In this document: positions 32,988 to 42,881 of the stretch, piece by piece
Layout: each line of letters begins with the position of its first letter
How positions within the stretch are numbered: position 1 is the first letter of the stretch
DNA from: Candidatus Poribacteria bacterium
GTDB lineage: Bacteria; Poribacteria; WGA-4E; PCPOR2b
Length of the DNA: 64,000 bases
Assembly (NCBI GenBank): GCA_965218095.1
Contig: OZ244587.1
Location: 2,560,001 to 2,624,000 of the forward strand
Reading direction: 5' to 3'
The notes under the pieces: model-generated
Database searches by the model: none
Told to the model about the DNA's origin: nothing
The model's input: only the letters and a program-made list of their open reading frames with translations
Program-made: the position numbers and the translations under genes

Positions 32988-33782
32988 ATGCATATACTCG
33001 TAGATCTCAACGTACTAGAAAGCAAGGTTGCGGTTCATTGGTTTGAACAGAGCACCTTCGCGCTGAGAGATTCACACGGAACAATCGTGCAGATTGATCC
33101 ATACTTTCCGCATGATCGACCGGCGGAAAGGTATATCCACCCTGAACCGCCGCTGGATGAATCTCAACTCCCGACGGACTATGTGCTGTTGACGCACAAC
33201 CACGGTGATCACACCTGTCCCGAATCGATCGAACGCATCCTGAAGATTTCACCGAAGGCGAGGTTCGTTGGACCTGAAGAGAGTATCACGCAGATCTTGG
33301 CGGACACAGACGTTGACGCAGATCATGTGACGACCATCCGTGCTGGCGAATCAGCGGAACTTGGGACGCTTACCGCGCACGCAGTCTATGCGAAGCCCCC
33401 AAACGGCGATCCCGCCGCAAGTATCGCCCCACCCGATGTGACCCACCTCGGCTATGTGGTCAAAGCGGATGGCGTGACACTCTATTTCTCTGGCGATCTC
33501 ATCAACACCTTTGCCGACCACGATGAGTTGGTGAGCGCTGTTGCCGCACACAACCCAGACATTGGGTTCCTGACCAATCACCCAAGAGAGGGGGAATTCC
33601 CGTTCTTTGACGGTTGTGTAAAGACAGCGCAAGGAATTGGTCTCAAGCACGCCGTACCTTCGCACTACGCCTGCTTTGTCAAGAGGGATTATGACCCGCA
33701 TGAATGGGCGGCGCAATTCCCGGACGATGGTCCTGAACCGCTGATCATCCCCCGGAATTCACACATTATTTATCCAGGTTAG
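32988..33782 (+). CDS. MBL-fold metallo-hydrolase
   Basis: IDPY, LTHNHGDH, YFSGD, PSHY. Confidence 0.85.
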   Translation: MHILVDLNVLESKVAVHWFEQSTFALRDSHGTIVQIDPYFPHDRPAERYIHPEPPLDESQLPTDYVLLTHNHGDHTCPESIERILKISPKARFVGPEESITQILADTDVDADHVTTIRAGESAELGTLTAHAVYAKPPNGDPAASIAPPDVTHLGYVVKADGVTLYFSGDLINTFADHDELVSAVAAHNPDIGFLTNHPREGEFPFFDGCVKTAQGIGLKHAVPSHYACFVKRDYDPHEWAAQFPDDGPEPLIIPRNSHIIYPG

Positions 33783-33785
33783 AAG

Positions 33786-33806
33786 ATAGACCACCTGAAC
33801 GGTTAC
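33786..33806. mobile_element. Orphan IS66-type right end
   Basis: atagaccacctgaacggttac matches the end at 13875-13896 with one indel. Confidence 0.6.
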
Positions 33807-33885
33807 ACTGTTAGTTCCTCGTTGCGATGGTCTGAATTTGGAAAATCGCAATTTATGATCTGCGTGAATATGGATTTGGTACCAC

Positions 33886-34480
33886 CTATTGAGACAGTCT
33901 CTCTTGCGGCACAGGAATACAGAAACTTACAATCGTCTTTCCGCTAATGTGTTCCTCATCCTCCCGTGCTTGGGGTTTGCTACGGTGGTCAAAGACGACA
34001 TAGTATCCTTCCTCAACCTGTTCCAAATCCAGATACCGTGCCAGTTGATGCTTCCCTGCTTGATACCGTTTTTGACTGCCCCAAATTTTAATCTTGAGGA
34101 TTCGGCATCCCATACGCGCAATAAAATCACCGAAGTTAGCAAGCACGGCACGGAGATTGATTTTGTTCGCGGCCGTCACATAATCCGAAAAGTCCAAATC
34201 GCTGTCTTCAGGAAGGCACTTATCTTCCAAACCGTTCACAAGTGGCGTAAACGTTTGCACGATGACGTACTGATAGATTGGATTGGTCACCTCGCAAAAC
34301 CCATCATTACCTTTTTTTAATACCCCATACGTTGCCAATTCACGGATTAGCTCATTCCGAATATTAAATCGGATGCCACTTTCTTTTAGACAGATTCTCA
34401 TCAAAAGTGATTCAAATCGCGAATCTCTACGAATATTGGTCGTCAGGTGAGCCAGATGGGCGCTATCGTCATCAAGAATG
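33886..34480 (-). pseudogene. C-terminal remnant of an AAA-ATPase / PD-(D/E)xK-like protein
   Basis: NPIYQY; KIW...YQAGKHQLARYL...GYYVVFDHR; internally deleted, no N-terminus. Confidence 0.6.
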
Positions 34481-34495
34481 TGTTAATGTACCATT

Positions 34496-35034
34496 TCAAA
34501 ATGCGCAACCGTGGCAGGCGTCGATAATCCGCATCACCCGATAGGCGCCGTGGATGCTGACCGGTGTCTGGTTACCCTCACGAATCGCGCGGATAAATGC
34601 GGCGACGAAATCGTAGCCCCACTGGCTCGCATAGAACGGACGCTCTACGAGTTTCATGCTGATCTGCCGCATCGGCGCGGTTTGCCAGCCCGGTGCGGTG
34701 CTGGTAACGGTGAACTCGCCCTCGCTGGTCGGCTGCCATGTGGCTGCGCCAAGCGTTCCCCGGAGTCCAAAATAGGTATCATTCCTTGGACCCACGCCGG
34801 GCAGAAGATAGCCCATGTGCAGACAGGCGTGTACGCCGCTGCTGAACTCAAGGGCAACCGTCGCTACATCCTCCAACTGATGTGTATCCCATTCACAGTA
34901 CACCACAACCTCGACATCTTCCTGCGCCTTGAGAACGGTTTGAGTAAGCCGTGGTTCTTATCGGGGTACAGGCTGCCCGCGTAGATGCGTAGACCAACCA
35001 TGGCGGCTTTGAGGGGCGGTTCTTGTGTGGTCAT
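34496..35034 (-). pseudogene. Gfo/Idh/MocA oxidoreductase remnant
   Basis: N-terminal LKAAMVG joined to C-terminal LEDVATVALEF...GTLG...AFIRAIREG. Confidence 0.65.
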
Positions 35035-35189
35035 TTGTTGTCGTTCCTTTCAGCGGATTAGGTTGGTTAAGTGCATAAGTTCAAGAGTTCAAGAGTTCAT
35101 GGGCTCATTGAATTCTCGCACTTTTGCCCGTTAATTTTCAAGATCGATGTGGGGCGCCAGTGGTTTTGGCGGTAACATAAGAATTCTCT

Positions 35190-36629
35190 TTATCCCTGTT
35201 TTGCCAGTGTCTTTTTCGCCTCCTTATAAATCTGCGCGTAAATCTTATCACGGGGGACACAACCAGCGGCGAATTGACCGAGCGGATTCGCCTTCGCACG
35301 CATCAACGCTGTGCAGCAGCTCACGGCGACACAGACTTTTTTCTTGACCATTTGCCCTTGTTCTATCGTGTCCTGCGCATAGTTGGGATACGCCAATGCC
35401 CCGCGTCCGACGGCGACAATGCTCACACGCCCATCTCGGATATTCGCTTCGCCGGCGTTGACCAAGTATCGCTGCAACCAGCTATAGCCGGTACCGACAA
35501 TCGGCAGGTCTGGATAGGCGCGCTGGATTTCCTCTGCCAGCCGAATGTGCCGGTCAACGCCGACCAACGGGTGTTCCGGCGTCTCGTAGCCATCAATCGG
35601 TGGGCGTTCAAACGGACGACCGATGTGTGGGTTGAAATATGGACTTCCCGTGGTGACGTTAACCAGTTTGACGCCAAGTTCTTTGAGCATGCCGACCAGC
35701 TTGATTGGTTCGGTCATGTCCGGTTGCGGCGGATTGGTTTCATCAACGCCAAAGCCGTAAGGGTAAGGCGTTGGGATGTCCCGTGGGACGCCGACCGTTG
35801 TTTTCGGGTCTTCCATGTAAGCCACGCCGTCGTAAACGTTCAGTCGCGTGGCAAGGATTAGCTCATCCCCAATCTCCGCCCGGATCTTGCCGATGATGTT
35901 TTGGATAAACCGGATTCGGTTTTCAAAACTGCCGCCGTACTTCCCTTCCCGTGTCTTTGCGGCTAAAAGTTCGGAAAGCAGGTAGGTATGACATTGCTTG
36001 AGGTCAACAAAGTCAAATCCGATTTTCCACGCCAACTTTGCGGCTTCGACATAAGTATCCTCCAGACGCTCCAGATAGTCATCGCTCAAGACGGGATAAT
36101 CGTCGGGAATGGGGATTTTGTTTTTCTTATCGATCAGCGTCACTTTGTCAACGATCGGGTGGCGAAACGCGATTAACGGCTTCTTGTAGCTATATCGCCC
36201 TGAGTGGGTCAACTGCATTCCAACGATGACCTCTTCATTTGCGCCGAATTCCTCTCGGTGAACATCCCGCGTCAAATTGAGGGTCGACTCGATCGAGGTC
36301 GCCGTTTCATCGTTGATTATGAGTTGACGGCTGTTTGCCTTCGCCTCATCAAAGAGCGCCGTTGCCTCACCCCAGATCAACTTCGCACCGCCACGCCCGA
36401 AGCGCTCCCAACGGCGGATGGTAAGTTCGCCCGGTTTGCCGTTGAGCGTGCCGTCACACCCCTCCATCGGGTGGATACCGAATGCGTTGCCTGCGACTTT
36501 GTGTCCAATCTGCACCGGCTCCAAGAGTTTCTCGATTTTTTCTTCGAGCCGGATGCTTAAGCCGAGTTCAGCAATCTCAGCCCGGAGCGCATTGATGTCT
36601 CGATAACGGAAATGTTTCTTTTTTAGCAT
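35190..36629 (-). CDS. NADH:flavin oxidoreductase (Old Yellow Enzyme-like)
   Basis: HPMEGCDG, QLTHSGR, GFDFVDLKQCHTYL, YGGSFENR. Confidence 0.9.
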   Translation of the reverse strand: MLKKKHFRYRDINALRAEIAELGLSIRLEEKIEKLLEPVQIGHKVAGNAFGIHPMEGCDGTLNGKPGELTIRRWERFGRGGAKLIWGEATALFDEAKANSRQLIINDETATSIESTLNLTRDVHREEFGANEEVIVGMQLTHSGRYSYKKPLIAFRHPIVDKVTLIDKKNKIPIPDDYPVLSDDYLERLEDTYVEAAKLAWKIGFDFVDLKQCHTYLLSELLAAKTREGKYGGSFENRIRFIQNIIGKIRAEIGDELILATRLNVYDGVAYMEDPKTTVGVPRDIPTPYPYGFGVDETNPPQPDMTEPIKLVGMLKELGVKLVNVTTGSPYFNPHIGRPFERPPIDGYETPEHPLVGVDRHIRLAEEIQRAYPDLPIVGTGYSWLQRYLVNAGEANIRDGRVSIVAVGRGALAYPNYAQDTIEQGQMVKKKVCVAVSCCTALMRAKANPLGQFAAGCVPRDKIYAQIYKEAKKTLAKQG

Positions 36630-36951
36630 CAGTCTGATTTCCTTTTTGACATTCGTCACATCTTCTCAAATTGTTTCACGGCCTTCATCGCTTTCAGCGT
36701 GCCAATCTGTCTCAACGCCTGAACAGCCACACGAATTTCAATATCCTCTGTCTGTTGTACTCCTGACGCGATACTGCCGGCTCCGAAGGCCATTGTTGCG
36801 TTGGCATATCGGATTGCCATGGCATGATAGACTATTCTGTCAGCGTTTGCATTTGATTGAAATTTGGGCTTTGGGTGAGAGGCTGAGATTAGCAAGAGTT
36901 AATTTAGGTCCTCCTCCTCTTCAGCGGATTACGGAAGTCCGTCAGACTCCG

Positions 36952-37680
36952 CTATCGCTCAGTTTGAATAATTCGGATAACGTAACTGCCTTTCGGAAAT
37001 TCCTTCGTGTAGGCAAACTCCCCATCGTAGTTGCGAACGTCCATCGCTGTGAAATCTTCGTCCGCAACTTGCACTTCCATCCCCTGCGGCATGAGATTAC
37101 CAATCAGCCGCTTCACATTTGGCCCGCGCTCTCCGGGCGGAATGATGAATTCTTTGATTTCCCCTGAACGCCCTTCCTCAATCGCCGTTTGGTGGTAAAG
37201 ATAGAAATCCCTGAGCAATTCCGCTCGATGCACCGCGGTTGTCATGCCTGTCACCATGGCGGCGTGAAGTGGTGACGGATACCCTCTTGGATATGGAGTG
37301 TTGTTTCGTCACCTCGTTTAATCTGGATGCCTCTCGCCGATGCCTGCTCGAAGGTCATCCCGATTGCGCCTTGAAACGTGGGCCAGCTCTCGCCGTAACC
37401 AGGATAAAAGGAATCAAAAATCTCTGCCGTGAAGTAATCGAACCCGAGCTTGTCAAACGCTTCACCGATGGCTTTGCCGTAAATCTCCCACCACCTGATC
37501 GTCTGCTCTGGAAGGTTCTTATTGATTGGCTTTGCGAGCGGCGCGAAAAAGTATGTGCTGTCCGGTCCCATCTCGTAGTCGATCCCCAGGAACATAGCCT
37601 AACACGGATTCAATGGTTGGAACGCCTTCGCGATAAACCCCGCCCGGATAAAATTCAAATCCCAAGGTCACTCTCCTCAT
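36952..37680 (-). pseudogene. M14 zinc carboxypeptidase remnant with deletions and frameshifts
   Basis: PTIESVLGY fused to EMGPDSTYFFAP; FDSFYPGYGESWP; GMTFEQAS. Confidence 0.7.
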
Positions 37681-37720
37681 TTTAGGGTACGGAAATATCT
37701 GATGCCTGATATAAAATCTA

Positions 37721-37879
37721 GGTTCTGTTGACATTTGACGGATTGAACCAATCTCCGTTCCGAGAGTCTTCGACCTGATGCACCTTGAGGCGATTTCGGA
37801 CAACTGTCTTGGTTTTTGGCGGGTTGCATGATGATTACAGCGTTTGCCGAATTCGCGACAGCGAAATGTCAACAGAACC
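37721..37879. mobile_element. 159-bp MITE sharing TIRs with the IS5 element at 51103-51917; TA target duplication
   Basis: ta|ggttctgttgacattt ... aaatgtcaacagaacc|ta. Confidence 0.85.
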
Positions 37880-37893
37880 TAATATCTAATTAT

Positions 37894-39621
37894 TAGGACT
37901 TACGCAAAATAAATAGACACAAGCGGTGAAAAGCAGTAGAATGAGCAGCATGGAGGTGAATATGGCCAAACCCACTCGACTCGACTACTGTCAGTATTTG
38001 CTCAGCAGCCCAATCAACTATACCTTAACCCATTTCGCTGACCATAGCAGAAGTTTCAGTCATGATATGATAAACCGTTATCTCGCCGGTGAGCGTATCC
38101 CGCCTCGCTTGGTATGGGAAAACGTCAAACCGCACATTGTGCAAACCCAACAGGGAAATGTCATCTTTGATGACACCATTTTGGACAAGCGCTACGCCCG
38201 GAACATCGCGTTGGTGCGTCGTCAGTATAGTGGAAACGCGAAAGCAACGGTATCGGTGTGGTGACTTGTGTCTATGTCAATCCCGCCTTAGACCGTTTCT
38301 GTACGACCCACAGGGGGATGGCAAGAGCAAATTAGATTACGTTAAGGAGATGTTAGTGCGCTTTTAAGTAACTAAATGCAATGGTGGTGCGATTCCATCT
38401 ATGATAGCTTACAATCATAAGCCTCACCTTAACTGCGTTGCCAGAAATGGCAGGGTGGGAAGCAAAGGGACATGGCGAATTCCTGAGAGGGAAAGTAGAC
38501 CCTTGAGACTGGAACGTCAGGCTGAGGATGATAAGGTTAAAATGAAAATTGAACTGATGTTTGAAGCCTCGTAACCTTAGAGCAGGTTAATCTACAAGCT
38601 AAAGCCTGTAACTAATAAAGTACAAGCATAGGGTTATGCGCTTAACATTCGCATAACCAAAGGTGATATGCTTGAAATTCATATCACTGGTAAGCCATTG
38701 CTTCGGGGCAAAGTCAGAACCTAAGTCATCTATAAATTACATTTAGTGAGATTAAAAGAGTCCCTAAGTCATCTTAAAGATGATATGGGAGAGGAAGGCA
38801 GAAAAAGCATTTTATGCAAAGCCTGCCTAGTGTCAACGTACTGAAATGTATCATAAACAGATTAAGGGAAAATGAGAGCAAATCAAGTCCCTGCTACATA
38901 CTTGGCAACTCGTCCCCATGTTCTGAACGATACAAAGTAAGTATGGCTGAGATTATCTTTTAAGTGATGCAGTAAGTTAGACAGCCTAAGACTTCAAAGC
39001 ATTATTAAGCATTACCAGTATAAGATAATCGGTAATTGGCAGGGCGAGCCGTGTGCGGTGAAAGTCGCACGCACGGTTTTGATGGGGGGAAAATTCCGTA
39101 AGGAATCTACCTATCCATACTCCCTACTAGTCTATCACAAGCAACTCTCCTTATGGATTGCTGGTATGCCACCAAAGATTTGATGATACACATTGAGCGG
39201 CTCCGAAAACATTACTATTGCCCGCTGAAATCCAATCGTCAGGTTGCTTCGAATCCCGATAAGATCGGGGGTGAAACTTTTCTGGGTCGCGTCTTCTAAC
39301 AGACGCACGGATTATGTTGTGACCAACGACTTGGCTCAAAACGACACTTCGGTTGCACAACAGGCGTGTAATTAGCGCTGGAAGATTGAGCAATTTCACC
39401 GGCAAGCCAAACAGTTGACAGGAGTTGAAGGTTGTCAATGCCGAGTGGCACGGCTTGTTCGCAACCATATTGGTTGTGCATTATTCGTTTGGATTCGGCT
39501 CGAGCACGTGGCGTATCAGACCCAGCAAACCATTTATCAGGTCAAACACGGAGTGTTGGAGGAGTATTTACGACAACAACTCAAATCTCCTGCGATTCGC
39601 ATGGAGCTTGCGTAAGTCCTA
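37894..39621 (+). mobile_element. IS701-family element; degraded transposase interrupted by a group II intron
   Basis: TIR taggacttacgca / tgcgtaagtccta; 5-bp TSD attat; MAKPTRLDYCQYLLSS, FDDTILDK, RWKIEQFHR, QLLKSP-like C-terminal end. Confidence 0.85.
38356..39120 (+). ncRNA. ORF-less group II intron (IIB-like), 765 nt
   Basis: 5' GTGCG; domain V gAGCcgtgtgcggtgaaagtcgcacgcacggttt (39046-39079); domain VI ending ctacctatccatAC; removal restores EML|SLLVYHKQL; EBS1 taacat pairs with IBS1 atgtta. Confidence 0.92.
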
Positions 39622-39980
39622 ATTATATCAGATTTAACCAATCTTGTCATCAGAAAGTCAGAAATTTGCAAATGAACAAATGGACTTTAGACACTTGACA
39701 GTGGATTTCAAACTTCTTTGAATCTCCTCAATGGATACAAATAAGGTATTCATCGTGGTGGCATCTGCTGCCGATTCTCTACCCTCATTGAAAATTTCTG
39801 TCAGAAAGTATTCTATTGACAAATGGACAAATTTCTGCGAAACTATAGAGTAGAAATTGGGATTGAAGCCTGCATACTCAGTAATTTTCAAAAAGAAAGT
39901 AATGGTTTGTAGTCAGGTGCGCTACTACGAACAGAATGTAACAAAGTCAAGTTACTTAGATACGGAAAAGGAGAATTTCT

Positions 39981-40832
39981 ATGACATCTGACAAACTTGT
40001 ATACCAAGTCGTAGAGGGCTGGGGGCACCTGCCCGAAGGATGGGAATTCAAACAGGTGGCGGGGGTTGCTGTTGATTCCCAAGATAGAATTTACGTCTAC
40101 AACCGTGGGGAACACCCCATGATCGTCTTTGACAGTGACGGCAATCTGTTGAAGACCTGGGGAGAGGGATTTTTAAAGCATGCGCACGGCATTTTCATTG
40201 ACGCAGCAGATATGATCTACCTCGTTGACCGGTTTTTGCATGTGGTATTGAAGTATTCCCCAGAGGGCGAGATCCTGATGACGATAGGAACTTTAGATCA
40301 ACCTTCAACGAACGGCGAGCCGTTTAATCACCCCACGGATGTTGCGCTGTCGTCATCAGACGAAATTTATGTTTCCGATGGCTACGGTAATACACGGGTG
40401 CACAAATTCTCCGCTCAGGGGGAACATCTCCTCTCCTGGGGCATGCCCGGCGACGGCATCGGTGAGTTTAACCTGCCTCACAGCGTCTGGGTGGATGACG
40501 ACGATCGGGTTTATGTTGCCGATCGGGAAAACCATCGCATACAGATCTTCGACCCCGAAGGGACGTTTATCGATCAGTGGACGGGGTTCCGCCAACCAAC
40601 TGATTTCTTCCTTGACGCAGCGGAGCATTTTTATGTTTCCGAGTTGCAGCACCGGGTCAGCATCCTGAACCTCGACGGAGAAGTTCTGACCCGTATGGGA
40701 GGCGAATCAAGTCACGCCCCCGGACAGTTTGTCGCTCCCCACGCTGTCTGGACCGATTCTAAAGATGCCCTTTACGTCGGTGAAGTGCTAGAAGGACAGC
40801 GGATACAGAAGTTCGTATTGCGTGATGCATAG
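39981..40832 (+). CDS. NHL-repeat protein (peptidyl-alpha-hydroxyglycine lyase-like)
   Basis: FNHPTDVA, YVSDGYGN, FNLPH, YVADRENHRIQIF. Confidence 0.88.
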   Translation: MTSDKLVYQVVEGWGHLPEGWEFKQVAGVAVDSQDRIYVYNRGEHPMIVFDSDGNLLKTWGEGFLKHAHGIFIDAADMIYLVDRFLHVVLKYSPEGEILMTIGTLDQPSTNGEPFNHPTDVALSSSDEIYVSDGYGNTRVHKFSAQGEHLLSWGMPGDGIGEFNLPHSVWVDDDDRVYVADRENHRIQIFDPEGTFIDQWTGFRQPTDFFLDAAEHFYVSELQHRVSILNLDGEVLTRMGGESSHAPGQFVAPHAVWTDSKDALYVGEVLEGQRIQKFVLRDA

Positions 40833-41101
40833 TACGTTTCACGTTTTAGGATTTTCCAATTTTTGAATCATCCCAAATCTCATATTATTGGGTATGACGT
40901 ATTGCGTATTGATTCCCTACGCAATACGCAATACAACAACCTATCGACCTTATTATTTTCGAAATGCTATTGTTGTTGGGATGGTTTAAATTCTGGAAAC
41001 ACCTTACGCATTACGCATTGATGTGTTTCATGACGATATGATAAAATTTATAAGTCAGCATCAGATGGTGAGTCGTCAGATTTTACGGTTCAGGGGGAAA
41101 T

Positions 41102-42163
41102 GTGAACCTAACAACCGTTTTAGACCAGCTCGAAGGAAAACACATCATCATCGTCGGCGATGCGATTTTGGATGAATACGTTTGGGGAGATGTCAAGCGC
41201 ATTTCCCCGGAAGCACCGGTGCCCGTACTCGAAGTGACTGCTGAAACAATCCGTTTCGGGGGTGCGGCGAATGTTGCTCATAACGTCACGAGCCTGGGGG
41301 GACGGGTAGATCTCATTGGTGTGATTGGTGATGATAACAAGAGTGCAACCCTGATTCGCCTGCTTCGAGAGGCAGGGATTAATACGGAAGGCATCTGTAT
41401 CGATCCGAGCCGCCCCACGAGCACTAAAACTCGTGTGATTGCCCGAACTTCGTACACAAGTTTGTCAACTCACCAGCAGCTTGTACGAATCGATCGAGAA
41501 TCGAAGAGCTCCATCAATGCTTCCTTGCAGGAGCAGTTATCGACAGCCGCTATCGATCGTATTCCACAGGCAGATGCAGTGATTTTTGCGGACTACGATA
41601 AAGGCACCGTGAGTGATGACCTCATCCAGGTTGTCCTCCGCCAGGCACGCCAATATTACAAACCCGTAGTTGTCGATCCGAAAGTTGAGAATTTTTGGAA
41701 CTACAAAGGAGTGACATCGATTACGCCGAACCACAAAGAGGCGGGGGCAGTGCTGAACCGGGAAATCACTGACGAAGCCAGCTTAATTAAGGTCGGCGAA
41801 GAGATCTTGGACCGGCTAGGACTCGACAGCTTATTGATAACCCGTGGCGAACAAGGTATGTCTTTATTTCGCAGAGCCGGAGAACAAGGCCGGTTGCATG
41901 TTGACCACATCCCTACGCAGTCCCGCGAGGTTTTTGACGTGACCGGTGCTGGAGATACCGTCGTCGCTGTATTTACGCTTGCTCTTGCTGCACATGCAGA
42001 TATGCTTGATGCAGCGCGGCTTTCCAATTTAGCGGGAGGCATTGTTGTCGGAGAGGTCGGTTGCGTCGCTGTCACACGGGAGAAACTCTCTCAAGCCATC
42101 CGGCAAGTGGCTTTGAATCCCGATTCCATCGAAGAGATCCGTGATGACGACCGTCTTCCTTGA
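41102..42163 (+). CDS. rfaE1: D-glycero-beta-D-manno-heptose-7-phosphate kinase
   Basis: RISPEAPVPV, GGAANVA, DYDKG, VFDVTGAGDTV. Confidence 0.92.
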   Translation: MNLTTVLDQLEGKHIIIVGDAILDEYVWGDVKRISPEAPVPVLEVTAETIRFGGAANVAHNVTSLGGRVDLIGVIGDDNKSATLIRLLREAGINTEGICIDPSRPTSTKTRVIARTSYTSLSTHQQLVRIDRESKSSINASLQEQLSTAAIDRIPQADAVIFADYDKGTVSDDLIQVVLRQARQYYKPVVVDPKVENFWNYKGVTSITPNHKEAGAVLNREITDEASLIKVGEEILDRLGLDSLLITRGEQGMSLFRRAGEQGRLHVDHIPTQSREVFDVTGAGDTVVAVFTLALAAHADMLDAARLSNLAGGIVVGEVGCVAVTREKLSQAIRQVALNPDSIEEIRDDDRLP

Positions 42164-42722
42164 CCGCGATGGGGTGATCAATCGCAATCTCAAGAATGAC
42201 TACGTCAAGAGTTGGGAGGAGTTTGAATTTCTTCCCAATGCTCTGGAGGCAATCCAACACCTCACGGAGGCTGGCTATCAACTGATTGTCGTCACCAATC
42301 AAGCCTCTATCAATAAAGGCATCATTTCTTCAAAAACTCTTGAAGAGATTCACCAACGGATGGTCACGGAAATTGAGGCTGTCGGTGGGCGGATTCACGC
42401 CATTTACCACTGCCCCCATCGTGACGACGAAAGGTGTGACTGCCGTAAACCCAAGCCGGGCATGCTCATTCAGGCGGCTTATGAACACGGAATTGATTTA
42501 TCATGGGCTTACCTAATCGGAGATTCCATGAGGGACATTGCGGCGGGACAACAAGTAGGATGTCGGACACTCCTCGTGCTGACGGGGCCCGCTCCGCGAG
42601 GATTCCGCAAGGTAGAACATACATCCCAACAGATTAAAAATTCCACGCTTTGTGGCAGTGTCCAGCCAGACGAGGTGTTCGCTGATTTGTATACCGCTAG
42701 CTTATGGATTGAAAAGAATTGA
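42141..42722 (+). CDS. gmhB: D-glycero-D-manno-heptose 1,7-bisphosphate phosphatase
   Basis: FLDRDGVIN, VTNQ, CPH..CDCRKPKPGM, IGDS.RD. Confidence 0.92.
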   Translation: MMTTVFLDRDGVINRNLKNDYVKSWEEFEFLPNALEAIQHLTEAGYQLIVVTNQASINKGIISSKTLEEIHQRMVTEIEAVGGRIHAIYHCPHRDDERCDCRKPKPGMLIQAAYEHGIDLSWAYLIGDSMRDIAAGQQVGCRTLLVLTGPAPRGFRKVEHTSQQIKNSTLCGSVQPDEVFADLYTASLWIEKN

Positions 42723-42881
42723 CCAATGCTTGAACCTTTCGAGGGTTTTGAACCTTTGAAAGGTTGGTGTTCTAAATTATCAATAACCCCAAAATGTGTA
42801 TTGGTCAACGGCATAATATACACCGTTGCTCGGTTAATTGTATTATCTTCCTGACCAATCAAATAAACCCAAAATCGTAAA

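Noticed and set aside
38387-38391. Alternative intron 5' end at the second GTGCG
   Set aside because: Only 38356 follows the EBS1-complementary ATGTTA and restores the transposase frame.
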